From a virus (lineage: Duplodnaviria; Heunggongvirae; Uroviricota; Caudoviricetes), in IMG/VR virus record IMGVR_UViG_2875722834_000002, positions 1 to 39,992 of that record: a stretch of DNA of 39,992 nt. The stretch is one strand, 5' to 3'. Below, in pieces: positions 1 to 8,977 of this stretch. The notes below the pieces were generated by a model, which did not search any database, had not been told where the DNA came from, and saw only the letters and a program-made list of their open reading frames with translations. The position numbers and the translations under genes were made by a program. Each line of letters begins with the position of its first letter. Within the stretch, counting starts at the first letter, position 1.

Positions 1-582
1 ATGCGGTTGCATTTGCCAGAGCTTGACGATGTTGTTTGGATGAAGGGTGTATTGATGCTAAATGTAAGGTTTGATTCAGAAAAGGCTTTAGAGGCCATTC
101 TGTACGTCGCCTCTAAAGCACCGATCCCAGATATCTATCATGTCGGAAAAATTCTTTATTATGCTGACAGGTTTCACCTTGAAAGTTTTGGACGCCTCAT
201 AACGGGCGATCACTATAACGCTATGAAGGATGGGCCTGTAGCAAGCAACACATACGATATTATAAAAATTGCTCGTGGAGATGGACGTTACATTCCTAAT
301 GGTTGTGATGTCGATTCTGTGCGAAAAGCATTTTCTGTATCAGGTATGATGATTGTGCCGAGCCGTGAAGCTGATGAAGACTTTTTTAGTGACTCAGATT
401 TAGAGTGTATTGATAAGTCTATCGCGATGCTTGGAAACATGTCCTTTGAAGCTATCAGAACCATGAGCCATGACGCGGCATGGGAACAGGCAGATCACAA
501 TGGTGAGATGTCTTTGGAATCGATAGTTGCACAGCTAAAAAATAGCAAATTAATACTGGATTATCTGAAGAACGGATATTGA
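1..582 (+). CDS. Panacea/DUF4065-domain protein (SocA/PanA-like putative antitoxin); N-terminus may be cut by the window edge
   Basis: ORF 1-582; motif region ALEAILYVASK...YHVGKILYYADRFHLESFGRLITGDHYNAMKDGPVASNTY matches the DUF4065/Panacea signature as I recall it; AT-rich relative to the phage core. Confidence 0.65.
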   Translation: MRLHLPELDDVVWMKGVLMLNVRFDSEKALEAILYVASKAPIPDIYHVGKILYYADRFHLESFGRLITGDHYNAMKDGPVASNTYDIIKIARGDGRYIPNGCDVDSVRKAFSVSGMMIVPSREADEDFFSDSDLECIDKSIAMLGNMSFEAIRTMSHDAAWEQADHNGEMSLESIVAQLKNSKLILDYLKNGY

Positions 583-587
583 TACTT

Positions 588-1049
588 ATGCTGGGTGATT
601 GTTTCCCTCCTGATTTTAAGGCTAATTTTAGTCGTGAAAGAGGTATATCACCCGGTGATGTATTGTATCTTCATTGTGATTTTACGACCCCACCTAAAGT
701 AAAATATATGGTGGTTGTTTGCTGTGAACCTCTTTTAGTTCTTCTAATAAATTCAGATATAAATGAATTTATTAAGAGAAACAATGATCTTATGGCTTGT
801 CAGGTCGAAATTAATAGAGAGGACCATGATTTTCTTAAATGGGACTCATTTGTTAATTGCATTGAGGCTCATGCTGCTTTCGATCTTGAAATTATTAAAG
901 AGAAAATAGCCATCCAATATGGCGACGTGCTAAAAGGTCGCATTACAGATCATTGTATGAGACAAGTTCGATGTGCAGTTGAGATATCTAAAATCATGGT
1001 TAAACGGCATAAAAAACTGATACTCGCTGCTCTTCAACATTATGAATAA
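588..1049 (+). CDS. Hypothetical protein, candidate toxin/effector partner of the Panacea-domain gene
   Basis: ATG at 588 lies 5 nt after the upstream stop (580-582); the track's 579 start is a TTG. No family recognised. A strong hairpin terminator follows immediately. Confidence 0.55.
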   Translation: MLGDCFPPDFKANFSRERGISPGDVLYLHCDFTTPPKVKYMVVVCCEPLLVLLINSDINEFIKRNNDLMACQVEINREDHDFLKWDSFVNCIEAHAAFDLEIIKEKIAIQYGDVLKGRITDHCMRQVRCAVEISKIMVKRHKKLILAALQHYE

Positions 1050-1076
1050 ACCCACCTTTGGATGGGTTTATTCATA
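1041..1076. terminator. Bidirectional intrinsic terminator between convergent genes
   Basis: Perfect 14-bp inverted repeat tatgaataaaccca / tgggtttattcata with an 8-nt loop, A/T-rich on both flanks. Confidence 0.7.
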
Positions 1077-1082
1077 TTCTAT

Positions 1083-1355
1083 TTAAATGAGCCTTTGTTT
1101 ATGGGTTCTGACCCTTTCCCACTCAGCACGCCCTTCTTCTCGCCTTTTGTCTATGTATTCCGCAAGATCCTGAATATTGATGCAACGTTTTGCTTTTTGT
1201 GATGTGCCGATGCGATATGTTGGAACGGGCAACTTACAAGCGTTTGCTTTTGCTTCTGCCGTGGCTGGACTCATGCCAAAGTACTTTTGGCTAACTGCTG
1301 AGAGTTCAATGTTAGGGGTATTGAATTCAGCCATCAGTAAAAACAAGGTGTTCAT
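1083..1355 (-). CDS. PrtN-family / excisionase-like small DNA-binding protein (putative)
   Basis: Internal start MNTLFLLMAEF (codon 1353-1355) preceded by GGAGA RBS; about 90 aa; resembles pyocin-activator PrtN-like phage proteins; last gene of the leftward early operon. Confidence 0.5.
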   Translation of the reverse strand: MNTLFLLMAEFNTPNIELSAVSQKYFGMSPATAEAKANACKLPVPTYRIGTSQKAKRCINIQDLAEYIDKRREEGRAEWERVRTHKQRLI

Positions 1356-1391
1356 AATTTTCTCCATCAAAACCGGCTGCACCCGGGAAAA

Positions 1392-1964
1392 TCATAATTC
1401 TGTGCTGGTGGCAGGAATTAATTTCTGCCAGATAGCGGAAACATATTTTGCCTGATGACGGGCATCGGCCAGGGCGTTGTGCCGTTCGCCATCGAAAGGC
1501 ATGTCCATTTTGGGGGCGAATCCGATGGAACGCTCAAGCGTAACGATCGTGCGTACATCGTGGTCATTCCAGTATGCCCACGGGCAGATTTGTCCTGCTC
1601 GCTCATAAGCTCCACGTAAAATTACGTTGTCGAAGGTGGCCCCGTTACCCCAGACTTTTAAATATTTTGTATTGTCTGCATGCTGATTAATGAAATGGCT
1701 CAGTTCAGAGAGTGCATCGCTGATCGACAAAGTATCATCAATACAGATTGCAGCTCGTGCTTCAGGGCTCTGTTTCAACCACCACAGGATGGTATCGCCG
1801 TCAGGTGTGGCCCCTTGCTCCATAGCACTTTCCAGGCTGACAACCGTATAGAATTCTTGTCCGATGTCTCCGGTTTCTGGGGTGAAGAACACCGCGCCAA
1901 TGGAAACGATTGGTGCATCCTTATTTTTCCCCATCGTCTCAAGGTCGATCATTAAGTTGTTCAT
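1392..1964 (-). CDS. Phage 3'-5' exonuclease, DEDDh (DnaQ-like) family
   Basis: Exo motifs MIDLETMG, WGNGATFDNVIL and HNALADARH; AGGAGG RBS upstream of ATG at 1964. Confidence 0.8.
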   Translation of the reverse strand: MNNLMIDLETMGKNKDAPIVSIGAVFFTPETGDIGQEFYTVVSLESAMEQGATPDGDTILWWLKQSPEARAAICIDDTLSISDALSELSHFINQHADNTKYLKVWGNGATFDNVILRGAYERAGQICPWAYWNDHDVRTIVTLERSIGFAPKMDMPFDGERHNALADARHQAKYVSAIWQKLIPATSTEL

Positions 1965-2275
1965 TACTTCACCTCCTGCGTTTCTTTGCTGCTGTGAATT
2001 CGCCAGTTACCGACGCCTTCCCATTCAAACTGGCGGTTACTAATTCGCGTCCAGCCCCTGCCGAAAAGCAAATCCAGATACCAGTATTTTAAAGTTCTGA
2101 TAATTGCTCTTACAGTTGGTTTGCATCCAGAAGTCTTTGATGCGCAAATAAAGCACCGAGTTATGCTCATGGCCTCTACAAAAGGCCAGATAAACCAAAC
2201 CCAGATGCAAAGAGCCACGAACAACATGAGCGCAATGTTAGCCACTAAGCCAGACCAGTACAGATAATTGCTCAC
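1964..2275 (-). CDS. Hypothetical small membrane protein
   Basis: GTG start at 2275 with AGGAGG RBS 6 nt upstream; hydrophobic N-terminal segment; stop overlaps start of the exonuclease gene. Confidence 0.55.
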   Translation of the reverse strand: MSNYLYWSGLVANIALMLFVALCIWVWFIWPFVEAMSITRCFICASKTSGCKPTVRAIIRTLKYWYLDLLFGRGWTRISNRQFEWEGVGNWRIHSSKETQEVK

Positions 2276-2511
2276 TGGTTGCCTCCTTTACGGATCTGCG
2301 CTGCGATGCGCGAAAAAAAAGACTCCCGCGTATGACTGTTAAGAGCTGGCGCGAACGCTGCGTTAAGAACGGCAGCATCACAGCCGTCATCGATATAGAG
2401 CGCAATTTTTTTCTCCAGGCGCGCTTTGGCTTCCTGCAACTGCATACCCCGGCACGCACGCGGGATATACTCAGCAATTTGAGCGATAGATTTTTCGTTC
2501 TGTTTAAACAT
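2272..2511 (-). CDS. Hypothetical protein
   Basis: ATG at 2511 with GAGGTG RBS; start/stop overlaps with neighbours typical of a coupled phage early operon. Confidence 0.55.
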   Translation of the reverse strand: MFKQNEKSIAQIAEYIPRACRGMQLQEAKARLEKKIALYIDDGCDAAVLNAAFAPALNSHTRESFFSRIAAQIRKGGNQ

Positions 2512-2707
2512 GCTTCACCTCGATAGGCTTGATGCTGTCGATCAGCAGTCGGCGGCGCGTATTTTCTGCAAAGTGGCGGCGTCCGGTTTCTTTGTGGTAA
2601 AACTCGTTTTTTCCGACGACCCACATCCGCTTTGTCTGGTGCAGTTTTTTTACCTGCGGACCGTCTCGGGTGATAACAATTCCTGTATGAGTTTTTATCA
2701 CGCTCAT
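2504..2707 (-). CDS. Hypothetical protein
   Basis: ATG at 2707 with GGAGA RBS; 67 aa. Confidence 0.5.
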   Translation of the reverse strand: MSVIKTHTGIVITRDGPQVKKLHQTKRMWVVGKNEFYHKETGRRHFAENTRRRLLIDSIKPIEVKHV

Positions 2708-3066
2708 TTCTTATTCTCCGGTGCTTTTGGCATTACTGCCCAGTGAGTGATATTGACGTTTTCAAGGTCCCCGACCTGAAATGTCCACTGCCATTCTCCG
2801 GTTTCTTTTTGTCCCCAGGTGTACCAGAGAGAACGCCAGCCAATTAGCCAGCCTTCTCCGTTAGCATCAAATAACAGAACACTTTCATTTGCTGGTGGCA
2901 GTTCAGCTGACACTGGTATTATTTTGTTTTCCAGTGCCGTACATTTAGCTTCAAGCGCATCGAATTTACGTACCAGGTACTCAGCATTTGTTTCGTTCAC
3001 TTTCAGATCTCGCGGTACACATTTCCCGCGAAGAAACCCTTCCATTTCGAAAACATTCATGCGCAT
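2704..3066 (-). CDS. DUF551-like phage protein (YfdS-like)
   Basis: C-terminal Trp-rich region ...GEGWLIGWRSLWYTWGQ...ITHWAVMPKAPE resembles DUF551; 120 aa, same size and position as CPS-53 YfdS. Confidence 0.55.
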   Translation of the reverse strand: MRMNVFEMEGFLRGKCVPRDLKVNETNAEYLVRKFDALEAKCTALENKIIPVSAELPPANESVLLFDANGEGWLIGWRSLWYTWGQKETGEWQWTFQVGDLENVNITHWAVMPKAPENKK

Positions 3067-3620
3067 TTGCGTAACTCCGATAACTCGTTAAAACGTTCCA
3101 TAAACATCCCGTAGGCATGGCCTGGTGACAGTGGAATAACTTTGAACATCTCTGTCGCCGGGATACCTTCCAGTACAGGCCAGAAAGAGCCATCATCAAG
3201 CCCGAGATCGCGGCGTTCGGTTGCCAGCATAATGAGATCGGCATATTTCACTGGCGTGCTCATAACAGGAGGTAACCCGTATTTCTCACGGATTACGGCG
3301 TCTATTTTTTCTTCCATCCGTTTATAGTCAGGAAGAAGGCGTTTCAGTGGTGCGGGGATGTCCTGGCAATATGCTTCTGTTGCATCATGCATTAACGCTT
3401 CAAAAGCAAATTCCTGCGGTACCAGCTGGCTGCAAAGCACCGCATGTTGGGCGACGCTGTAGAAGTGTGAAAGATGTCCTGCAAAGCGACAGATATTTGA
3501 AAGGGAAACCGCGACATCGTTAATAACGATGTCGTCTTTATTTATCCTGTCATAATAAAAATGCTTCCCGGAAAAAGTTTTAATAAATGACATTTTATTC
3601 TCCACGTATATGCGCTGCAC
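3057..3620 (-). CDS. HD-domain 5'-deoxynucleotidase (YfdR-like)
   Basis: HD phosphohydrolase signature (H...HD...D) in ...FAGHLSHFYSVAQHAV...ALMHDATEAYCQDIP...; order and size match CPS-53 yfdR. Confidence 0.7.
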   Translation of the reverse strand: MQRIYVENKMSFIKTFSGKHFYYDRINKDDIVINDVAVSLSNICRFAGHLSHFYSVAQHAVLCSQLVPQEFAFEALMHDATEAYCQDIPAPLKRLLPDYKRMEEKIDAVIREKYGLPPVMSTPVKYADLIMLATERRDLGLDDGSFWPVLEGIPATEMFKVIPLSPGHAYGMFMERFNELSELRKCA

Positions 3621-3720
3621 CGCGCTGAATTCTGGTAAAAGGAAGCCCTCACTATCCGGCGATTATTGAGTAAATTATGTTTCCATAAATGCCCCCGCAG
3701 GGGCATTTGCAGTAATGAAA

Positions 3721-4545
3721 TCAGGCGGTGAAAGTACCAATAAAGGTTTCTACTTTGCTGTCTTTAAATTTCTCAACAAGCAGATCACGAAATTCGTTAG
3801 CCATTTCTTCCTGCACCGCTTCCAGCTGAATAATGCGCAGAACCAGTACAGGACGATCGCCAGTGATAATGCTGAGGCGTAATTTAAACGGACGTTCTTT
3901 AAGGCCTTCAGACGGAACGCATTTAAATTCAAATGCCACTGGCATAATGTCTTTGGTCTTCGCTTCGACAGACTCCATCAGGGAGCGTTTGCCGCTGAAG
4001 TCATTATCTTCAAAATCAGCGGTCTGGTTTGCTTCAATCGTGATTTTACGGACTGCCGCAGCCGCTTTTGTTGCCTGAATGGCGTCACCATTCGCATCAA
4101 AGCCCACAAGGTAGTCGGCCCAGTCTTCAATCCATTCTGCCAGTGACTTCTGGGAGTTACGCTCGCCGTTAACAGACAACAGAGCAGAGAACGGTGCTGT
4201 CTTTTTCAGTTTGAGAGTGGCGGTGTTATCTGCGTGACCTGGTTCATCAATAGTACCCAGGTTAAGCACACTAACGGCACGCATATTATCAGCATCGATA
4301 AAGCAGCGGGTGCCTTCATCTGCAAGATCTTTAGAATAACGGGTAAAATCATCGATGCTGGCAGTGGAAAGCGCGCCACGGAAACGGAAGCGATTTAAAT
4401 TAAATTTTTCCAGATCATGAATGCGGAAATTCTCAGGCAATGCCACAGCATCGGCACCAATCTTACTGATAATTTCATTAACACCCTGAGCAGAAATAAG
4501 GGCATGGATTTGATTAATTGCGGTTGAGTCTAAGTTCTGAGACAT
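3721..4545 (-). CDS. YfdQ-like protein (DUF2303)
   Basis: 274 aa, N-terminus MSQNLDS..., positioned between the YfdP-like and YfdR-like genes as in CPS-53. Confidence 0.6.
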   Translation of the reverse strand: MSQNLDSTAINQIHALISAQGVNEIISKIGADAVALPENFRIHDLEKFNLNRFRFRGALSTASIDDFTRYSKDLADEGTRCFIDADNMRAVSVLNLGTIDEPGHADNTATLKLKKTAPFSALLSVNGERNSQKSLAEWIEDWADYLVGFDANGDAIQATKAAAAVRKITIEANQTADFEDNDFSGKRSLMESVEAKTKDIMPVAFEFKCVPSEGLKERPFKLRLSIITGDRPVLVLRIIQLEAVQEEMANEFRDLLVEKFKDSKVETFIGTFTA

Positions 4546-4610
4546 AATAAGTCCTCACTATATTAAGATATTCAGTGATGAGATAAATAATCAGTTAATT
4601 AAGAACGATA

Positions 4611-4973
4611 TTAATGACCTGCTGCGCGGAGTTTTCCGTCAGGTTCACCGGCAAGAGTCAGTAATTGTCCCTGGTCTTCCTGCAGAATAGTCAGGCGACC
4701 ACCGCGATTGACATACATCGGCGTTTCGGTGGTGTCTTCTTCGGAAATTTTCCCGCGGTTAGTCGGGCGAACATATGAGAGTTTGTGTTTGATTTTCACA
4801 CGGTTCTCATCAAATGGTTCGATTTCCAGGTTGAGTGAGACCTTCCCTTTGGTTTTCGTGTTCATCACACCGGAAGCGACTTCACTGAGAACTGCGCCGA
4901 TTTTGGTTTCAAATACGCCGCCGTCCAGCTCCCCGATAAATGCCTGCACATCAGTACTGCGTTCGCTAGCCAT
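4611..4973 (-). CDS. Hypothetical protein (YfdP-like, 120 aa)
   Basis: Track ORF 4611-5204 trimmed to the internal ATG (codon 4971-4973), which has a GAGGAG RBS; the upstream extension is Cys/Arg/His-rich and not protein-like. Confidence 0.55.
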   Translation of the reverse strand: MASERSTDVQAFIGELDGGVFETKIGAVLSEVASGVMNTKTKGKVSLNLEIEPFDENRVKIKHKLSYVRPTNRGKISEEDTTETPMYVNRGGRLTILQEDQGQLLTLAGEPDGKLRAAGH

Positions 4974-5603
4974 TTTGCTGCTCCTCATCATATCGACCCT
5001 GCAAGGTCGGTTGGTTTCTCCACAAAACAGAGAAGAACACCTGCGGTGGCAGCCGCCCGGATGGATTGGGTTATGAGCCCGTCGTCCGGTGATGCTCTTC
5101 TCTGTTTTGTAAAAAGAGCGGTACCAGCCGGAAGCAAGTGTACAAACTGGTACCGCCAAAGCAGTGGCTGTTGTGGTGGGGTTGTCACTCAGGTGTATGG
5201 TCAACCTGACAATCCGGTGTCCTCAACGGGGAAAGAGTAACCCCGCCATACTTACCGCCGCGCCATTTCGCGGATTACCACAACGCTGAGAGCACTTAGC
5301 CAGTTACGGCACCACACTTTGTCGCGGTTCCATAAATGCCCTCATCGTTGCACCCTGGTCTCTTCCCAGGCGTCAAACCGAATCGCCACGCTGGTTAGGC
5401 GTCTTATCAGCATCCTCATTGACTTGCACATTCCGGCTACCTGGTTTGTTTGCCCGAGCAAGGAGTGGATTGTCCCCTTTAACGTCCCCAGACCGCTAAC
5501 GACGCATGTGCCATACGCCGTGTTACAACCAAATTTTGTTTAATCTTGCCTGTGGCATGTTTCTTTTAGATACATTATGTATCTCAAGGGTACATTGTCA
5601 AGT

Positions 5604-5628
5604 ATAAAAAAACCTGCCGAAGCAGGTT
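5604..5628 (-). terminator. Intrinsic terminator downstream of the repressor gene
   Basis: Hairpin aacctgc-cgaa-gcaggtt followed on the minus strand by a T7 run (plus-strand aaaaaaa at 5605-5611). Confidence 0.6.
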
Positions 5629-5639
5629 ATAAATATTGA

Positions 5640-6314
5640 TTAGGCCTTTATTTGGTATCTTCTTGGTTTTCCTGAGAAAATTACTGTACCAATTATAGAG
5701 CAATTACCGTTAATCTTAATGTAAGGCTCAGGCCAGTTTGGGTTTAATGCTTTGAGATAACGCTGTGTTCCATCTTCTATCAATCGCTTGAAGGTGGTTT
5801 CGCCTGTATCGTGCATCAATGCAATAACGTCGTCACCGTGGCAGGCAGGGACTTCGGGATCAACAAAAATCATGTCTCCCGGGCGGTACTCATCAATCAT
5901 TGAATCACCAATCACCCGCAAGATATAAGTCATTTCGCCACAGGGTACAGGGCAGGGATAAGTTTCTGCTGTGCTCAAATCAACCTCAGAATAGCCAACT
6001 TCTTTCCATGCTCCGGCCTGTACCCATGATATGACAGGGACTAACGTTATTTGTTTGTTAGTAATTGAAACATCAGGTTTTTTTGTGATGTTTGTTGTCT
6101 GGTGTTCTTGATCAAGCCATCCGACAGGCAGGTCGAAACATTTTTCGATGTGCCGTGCCATGCTGTCACCGATATTTTTAGTAGCACCATCTCCCATAAA
6201 CCTGCTGGTCTGGGTTGGCTCGCGATCAATCATGGTGGCAAAGGAAGAATTCCCGCCAACACCATCTCTCAGTTTTCTGGCGTTAGACCGCCGGATGTCA
6301 TGGACTGTTTTCAT
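5640..6314 (-). CDS. CI-like prophage repressor (HTH + S24 LexA-type autopeptidase domain)
   Basis: C-terminal S24 motifs: Ala-Gly cleavage site (VQAGAW), catalytic Ser in VIGDSM, Lys in TFKRL; divergent from a Cro-like gene. Confidence 0.85.
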   Translation of the reverse strand: MKTVHDIRRSNARKLRDGVGGNSSFATMIDREPTQTSRFMGDGATKNIGDSMARHIEKCFDLPVGWLDQEHQTTNITKKPDVSITNKQITLVPVISWVQAGAWKEVGYSEVDLSTAETYPCPVPCGEMTYILRVIGDSMIDEYRPGDMIFVDPEVPACHGDDVIALMHDTGETTFKRLIEDGTQRYLKALNPNWPEPYIKINGNCSIIGTVIFSGKPRRYQIKA

Positions 6315-6330
6315 AACGAAATTAAAACCT

Positions 6331-6405
6331 TTGTACCGATAGGGTACAAGTATCTTGAAGGTTCATCTCAATCATGTAATATGTATATCGGAGGTACATA
6401 TTGTA
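6331..6405 (+). promoter_or_regulatory. Immunity-region operator/promoter segment (palindromic operator plus PR-like promoter)
   Basis: Palindrome TTGTACC-gatag-GGTACAA (6331-6349); -35 TTGAAG (6355-6360), 16-nt spacer, -10 TAATAT (6377-6382); a second palindrome TACATATTGTA overlaps the cro start and resembles TACATTATGTA at 5571-5581. Confidence 0.5.
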
Positions 6406-6605
6406 TGAAAGCGTATTGGGACTCTTTAACCAAAGAACAGCAGGGCGAGTTGGCCGGAAAAGTTGGCTCAACACCAGGCTACTTACGGCTAGTTTTCAAT
6501 GGTTATAAAAAAGCCAGTTTTGTGCTGGCTAAAAAACTTGAGCAATGCACGTCAGGTGCAATTACGAAATCTGACTTAAGACCGGATATCTATCCGAAAG
6601 ATTAA
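6405..6605 (+). CDS. Cro-like repressor (YdaS-family HTH)
   Basis: ATG at 6405 with GGAGG RBS; 66 aa; C-terminal ...ITKSDLRPDIYPK typical of YdaS/Cro-like proteins. Confidence 0.75.
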   Translation: MKAYWDSLTKEQQGELAGKVGSTPGYLRLVFNGYKKASFVLAKKLEQCTSGAITKSDLRPDIYPKD

Positions 6606-6636
6606 CAGAACACCTTCAATTTTTAACCACAGAACG

Positions 6637-7200
6637 ATGAGGCTAACCGTGGGTAAGCATCACTGGAAAGTAGAAAAACAGCCTGAGTGGTACGTGAAAG
6701 CTGTCAGAAAAACTATCGCGGCGTTGCCGGGGGGTTACGCTGAAGCTGCTGACTGGCTGGATGTAACAGAGAACGCATTATTTAACCGCCTTCGTGCCGA
6801 TGGCGATCAGATTTTCCCGCTGGGATGGGCAATGGTTTTGCAACGTGCTGGTGGAACTCACTTCATTGCTGACGCTGTGGCGCAGTCTGCAAATGGCGTC
6901 TTTGTGTCTCTTCCTGACGTCGAGGATGTGGACAACGCCGATATTAACCAGCGCCTGCTGGAAGTCATTGAACAGATTGGCAGTTATTCCAGACAGATTC
7001 GTTCGGCAATCGAAGACGGTGTGGTGGAACCGCATGAGAAGACAGCAATTAACGACGAGCTGTATCTCTCAATTTCGAAGCTGCAGGAGCATGCAGCACT
7101 GGTCTACAAAATCTTTTGCATTTCAGAAAGTAATGACGCCCGCGAGTGTGCAGCTCCGGGCGCCGTGGCGTGTCGTGACTGTGGAGAAACTAACGCATGA
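6637..7200 (+). CDS. YdaT-like regulatory protein (CII-position protein)
   Basis: 187 aa, immediately downstream of the YdaS/Cro-like gene, as in the Rac ydaS-ydaT pair; assignment from gene order and remembered similarity only. Confidence 0.5.
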   Translation: MRLTVGKHHWKVEKQPEWYVKAVRKTIAALPGGYAEAADWLDVTENALFNRLRADGDQIFPLGWAMVLQRAGGTHFIADAVAQSANGVFVSLPDVEDVDNADINQRLLEVIEQIGSYSRQIRSAIEDGVVEPHEKTAINDELYLSISKLQEHAALVYKIFCISESNDARECAAPGAVACRDCGETNA

Positions 7201-7535
7201 ACAGTTTAACAACACACTACCGTCGCTCGCAACTGATTGCGCTTCCTGTACCGGGTGGAAAAGCGAAGGTGGAGTATTGCTATGCAGTTAATGTACCAGG
7301 TGACAGGGAAATTGTAACCCACAGCTTTGCTGAGTGGGCTGTGGGTGATTTCAACCGGCAGAAGGAGACAGTCCTTTGCGACAAGTTAACCGCTGGTTCA
7401 AAGATCACTACGGAGTGCCCGTCAGAGTCATTCGTTGGGAGCCGGAAACACAACGAGTTATCTACCTCCGCGAAGGCTATGAGCATGAGTGCTTCAGCCC
7501 GCTCGAACAGTTTCGTCGTAAATTCAGGGAAATAG
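7197..7535 (+). CDS. Hypothetical protein; the 3' half may be mis-framed (see finding)
   Basis: ORF 7197-7535; N-terminal half looks protein-like, C-terminal half is low complexity, while the -1 frame (7376-7555) encodes a well-formed 59-aa sequence. Confidence 0.4.
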   Translation: MNSLTTHYRRSQLIALPVPGGKAKVEYCYAVNVPGDREIVTHSFAEWAVGDFNRQKETVLCDKLTAGSKITTECPSESFVGSRKHNELSTSAKAMSMSASARSNSFVVNSGK

Positions 7536-7544
7536 AGGTCGGTC

Positions 7545-8486
7545 ATGAGCACTAAATTAACCGGCTATGTATGGGATGGTTGCGCTGCATCAGGCATGAA
7601 ATTATCCAGCGTGGCAATTATGGCCCGCCTGGCTGATTTCAGTAATGACGAAGGTGTGTGCTGGCCATCAATTGAAACTATTGCCCGTCAGATTGGCGCG
7701 GGGATGAGTACCGTCAGGACGGCTATCGCACGGCTGGAAGCAGAAGGCTGGTTAACGCGTAAGGCGCGTCGCCAGGGTAACCGCAATGCGTCGAATGTTT
7801 ATCAGCTTAACGTTGCGAAGCTTCAGGCAGCGGCATTTTCTCAACTGTCAGATTCTGACCCGTCAAAATCTGACGCATCAAAATCTGACCCGTCAAAATT
7901 TGATGCGTCGAAATCTGGCAAAAAAGCGGGTTTTCACCCGTCAGAATCTGGCGGGGATCCGTCAGTAAAATCAAAACATGATCCGTCAGATAAAAAACCT
8001 TCTCGTCCGGACGCTTCGCAACCGGACACGCAGACGGATGAACAGGATTTTTTAACTCGCCATCCTGATGCGGTTGTATTCAGCCCTAAAAAGCGCCAGT
8101 GGGGAACGCAGGATGATTTGACCTGCGCACAGTGGCTCTGGAAAAAAATCATCGCCCTGTACGAGCAGGCTGCCGAATGTGACGGCGAGGTGGTTCGTCC
8201 CAAAGAACCGAACTGGACAGCCTGGGCAAACGAAATTCGCCTGATGTGTGTGCAGGATGGTCGTACTCACAAACAAATCTGCGAGATGTACAGCCGCGTC
8301 AGCCGCGATCCGTTCTGGTGCCGTAACGTGCTCAGCCCGTCGAAGTTGCGGGAAAAATGGGATGAGCTTTCCCTGCGCTTATCACCGTCCGTCAGCACGT
8401 ACACCGAAAAACGCGAAGACCCGTACTTCAAATCCAGTTACGACAACGTGGACTACAGCCAGATCCCGGCAGGATTCAGGGGGTGA
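7545..8486 (+). CDS. Replication initiation / replisome-organiser protein (lambda O-like, N-terminal winged HTH)
   Basis: N-terminal HTH-like region, internal Ser/Asp/Lys-rich linker encoded by iteron repeats, located after the cro/YdaT-like genes. Confidence 0.7.
   Translation: MSTKLTGYVWDGCAASGMKLSSVAIMARLADFSNDEGVCWPSIETIARQIGAGMSTVRTAIARLEAEGWLTRKARRQGNRNASNVYQLNVAKLQAAAFSQLSDSDPSKSDASKSDPSKFDASKSGKKAGFHPSESGGDPSVKSKHDPSDKKPSRPDASQPDTQTDEQDFLTRHPDAVVFSPKKRQWGTQDDLTCAQWLWKKIIALYEQAAECDGEVVRPKEPNWTAWANEIRLMCVQDGRTHKQICEMYSRVSRDPFWCRNVLSPSKLREKWDELSLRLSPSVSTYTEKREDPYFKSSYDNVDYSQIPAGFRG
7847..7998 (+). repeat. Iteron array inside the O-like gene (putative phage replication origin)
   Basis: About 8 imperfect copies of a 15-bp unit cGTCAaAATCTGAC(c/g) (e.g. 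7861-7875, 7876-7890, 7891-7905), ending in ccgtcagataaaaaac. Confidence 0.6.
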
Positions 8487-8977
8487 TCATGAGTCTTTTG
8501 AATGAAGTTCAGAAATTCATTGAAGCCCATCCGGGATGTACTTCCGGAGACATTGCGGATGCTTTTGCAGGTTACTCACGGCAGCGCGTTCTGCAGTCAG
8601 CAAGCAAGTTACGTCAGAGTGGGCGTGTGGCTCACCGTTGTGAAGGAGATACACGCAGACATTTCCCGCGCCTGACTGAGAGAGCGCAGGAACCGGAACC
8701 ACAACCAGTTCGAGAAACCAGACCTGTGCGCAATTTCTATGTCGGCACTAACGATCCACGGGTGATTTTGTGCCTGACCCGCCAGGCTGAAGAACTGGAG
8801 TCCAGGGGCTTATACCGTCGTGCTGCAACCGTGTGGATGGCGGCATTCCGTGAAAGCCACTCCCAGCCAGAACGAAACAATTTTCTGGCGCGTCGTGAGC
8901 GGTGCTTACGGAAAAGCAGCAAGCGCGCTGCATCGGGTGAAGAGTGGTATCTGTCAGGGAATTACGTGGGGGCTTAA
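8483..8977 (+). CDS. PerC-family transcriptional activator-like protein
   Basis: C-terminal ...RQAEELESRGLYRRAATVWMAAF...ARRERC resembles the PerC family motif. Confidence 0.55.
   Translation: MIMSLLNEVQKFIEAHPGCTSGDIADAFAGYSRQRVLQSASKLRQSGRVAHRCEGDTRRHFPRLTERAQEPEPQPVRETRPVRNFYVGTNDPRVILCLTRQAEELESRGLYRRAATVWMAAFRESHSQPERNNFLARRERCLRKSSKRAASGEEWYLSGNYVGA

Noticed and set aside
4974-5204. N-terminal extension of the 4611-5204 ORF (197 aa)
   Set aside because: The extension is Cys/Arg/His-rich and lacks an RBS; the internal ATG at 4973 has a GAGGAG RBS and gives a 120-aa product.
5319-5543. 74-aa plus-strand ORF in the cI/early-left leader
   Set aside because: No RBS, odd composition, and it lies antisense to the expected leftward early transcript.
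6102-6404. Long upstream extension of the cro-like ORF (track ORF 6102-6605, 167 aa)
   Set aside because: It overlaps the cI gene and the operator region on the opposite strand; the RBS-supported ATG at 6405 gives a 66-aa Cro-like protein.
7786-7968. 60-aa plus-strand ORF inside the O-like gene
   Set aside because: Alternative frame across the iteron array (QNLT-type repeats); not a gene.
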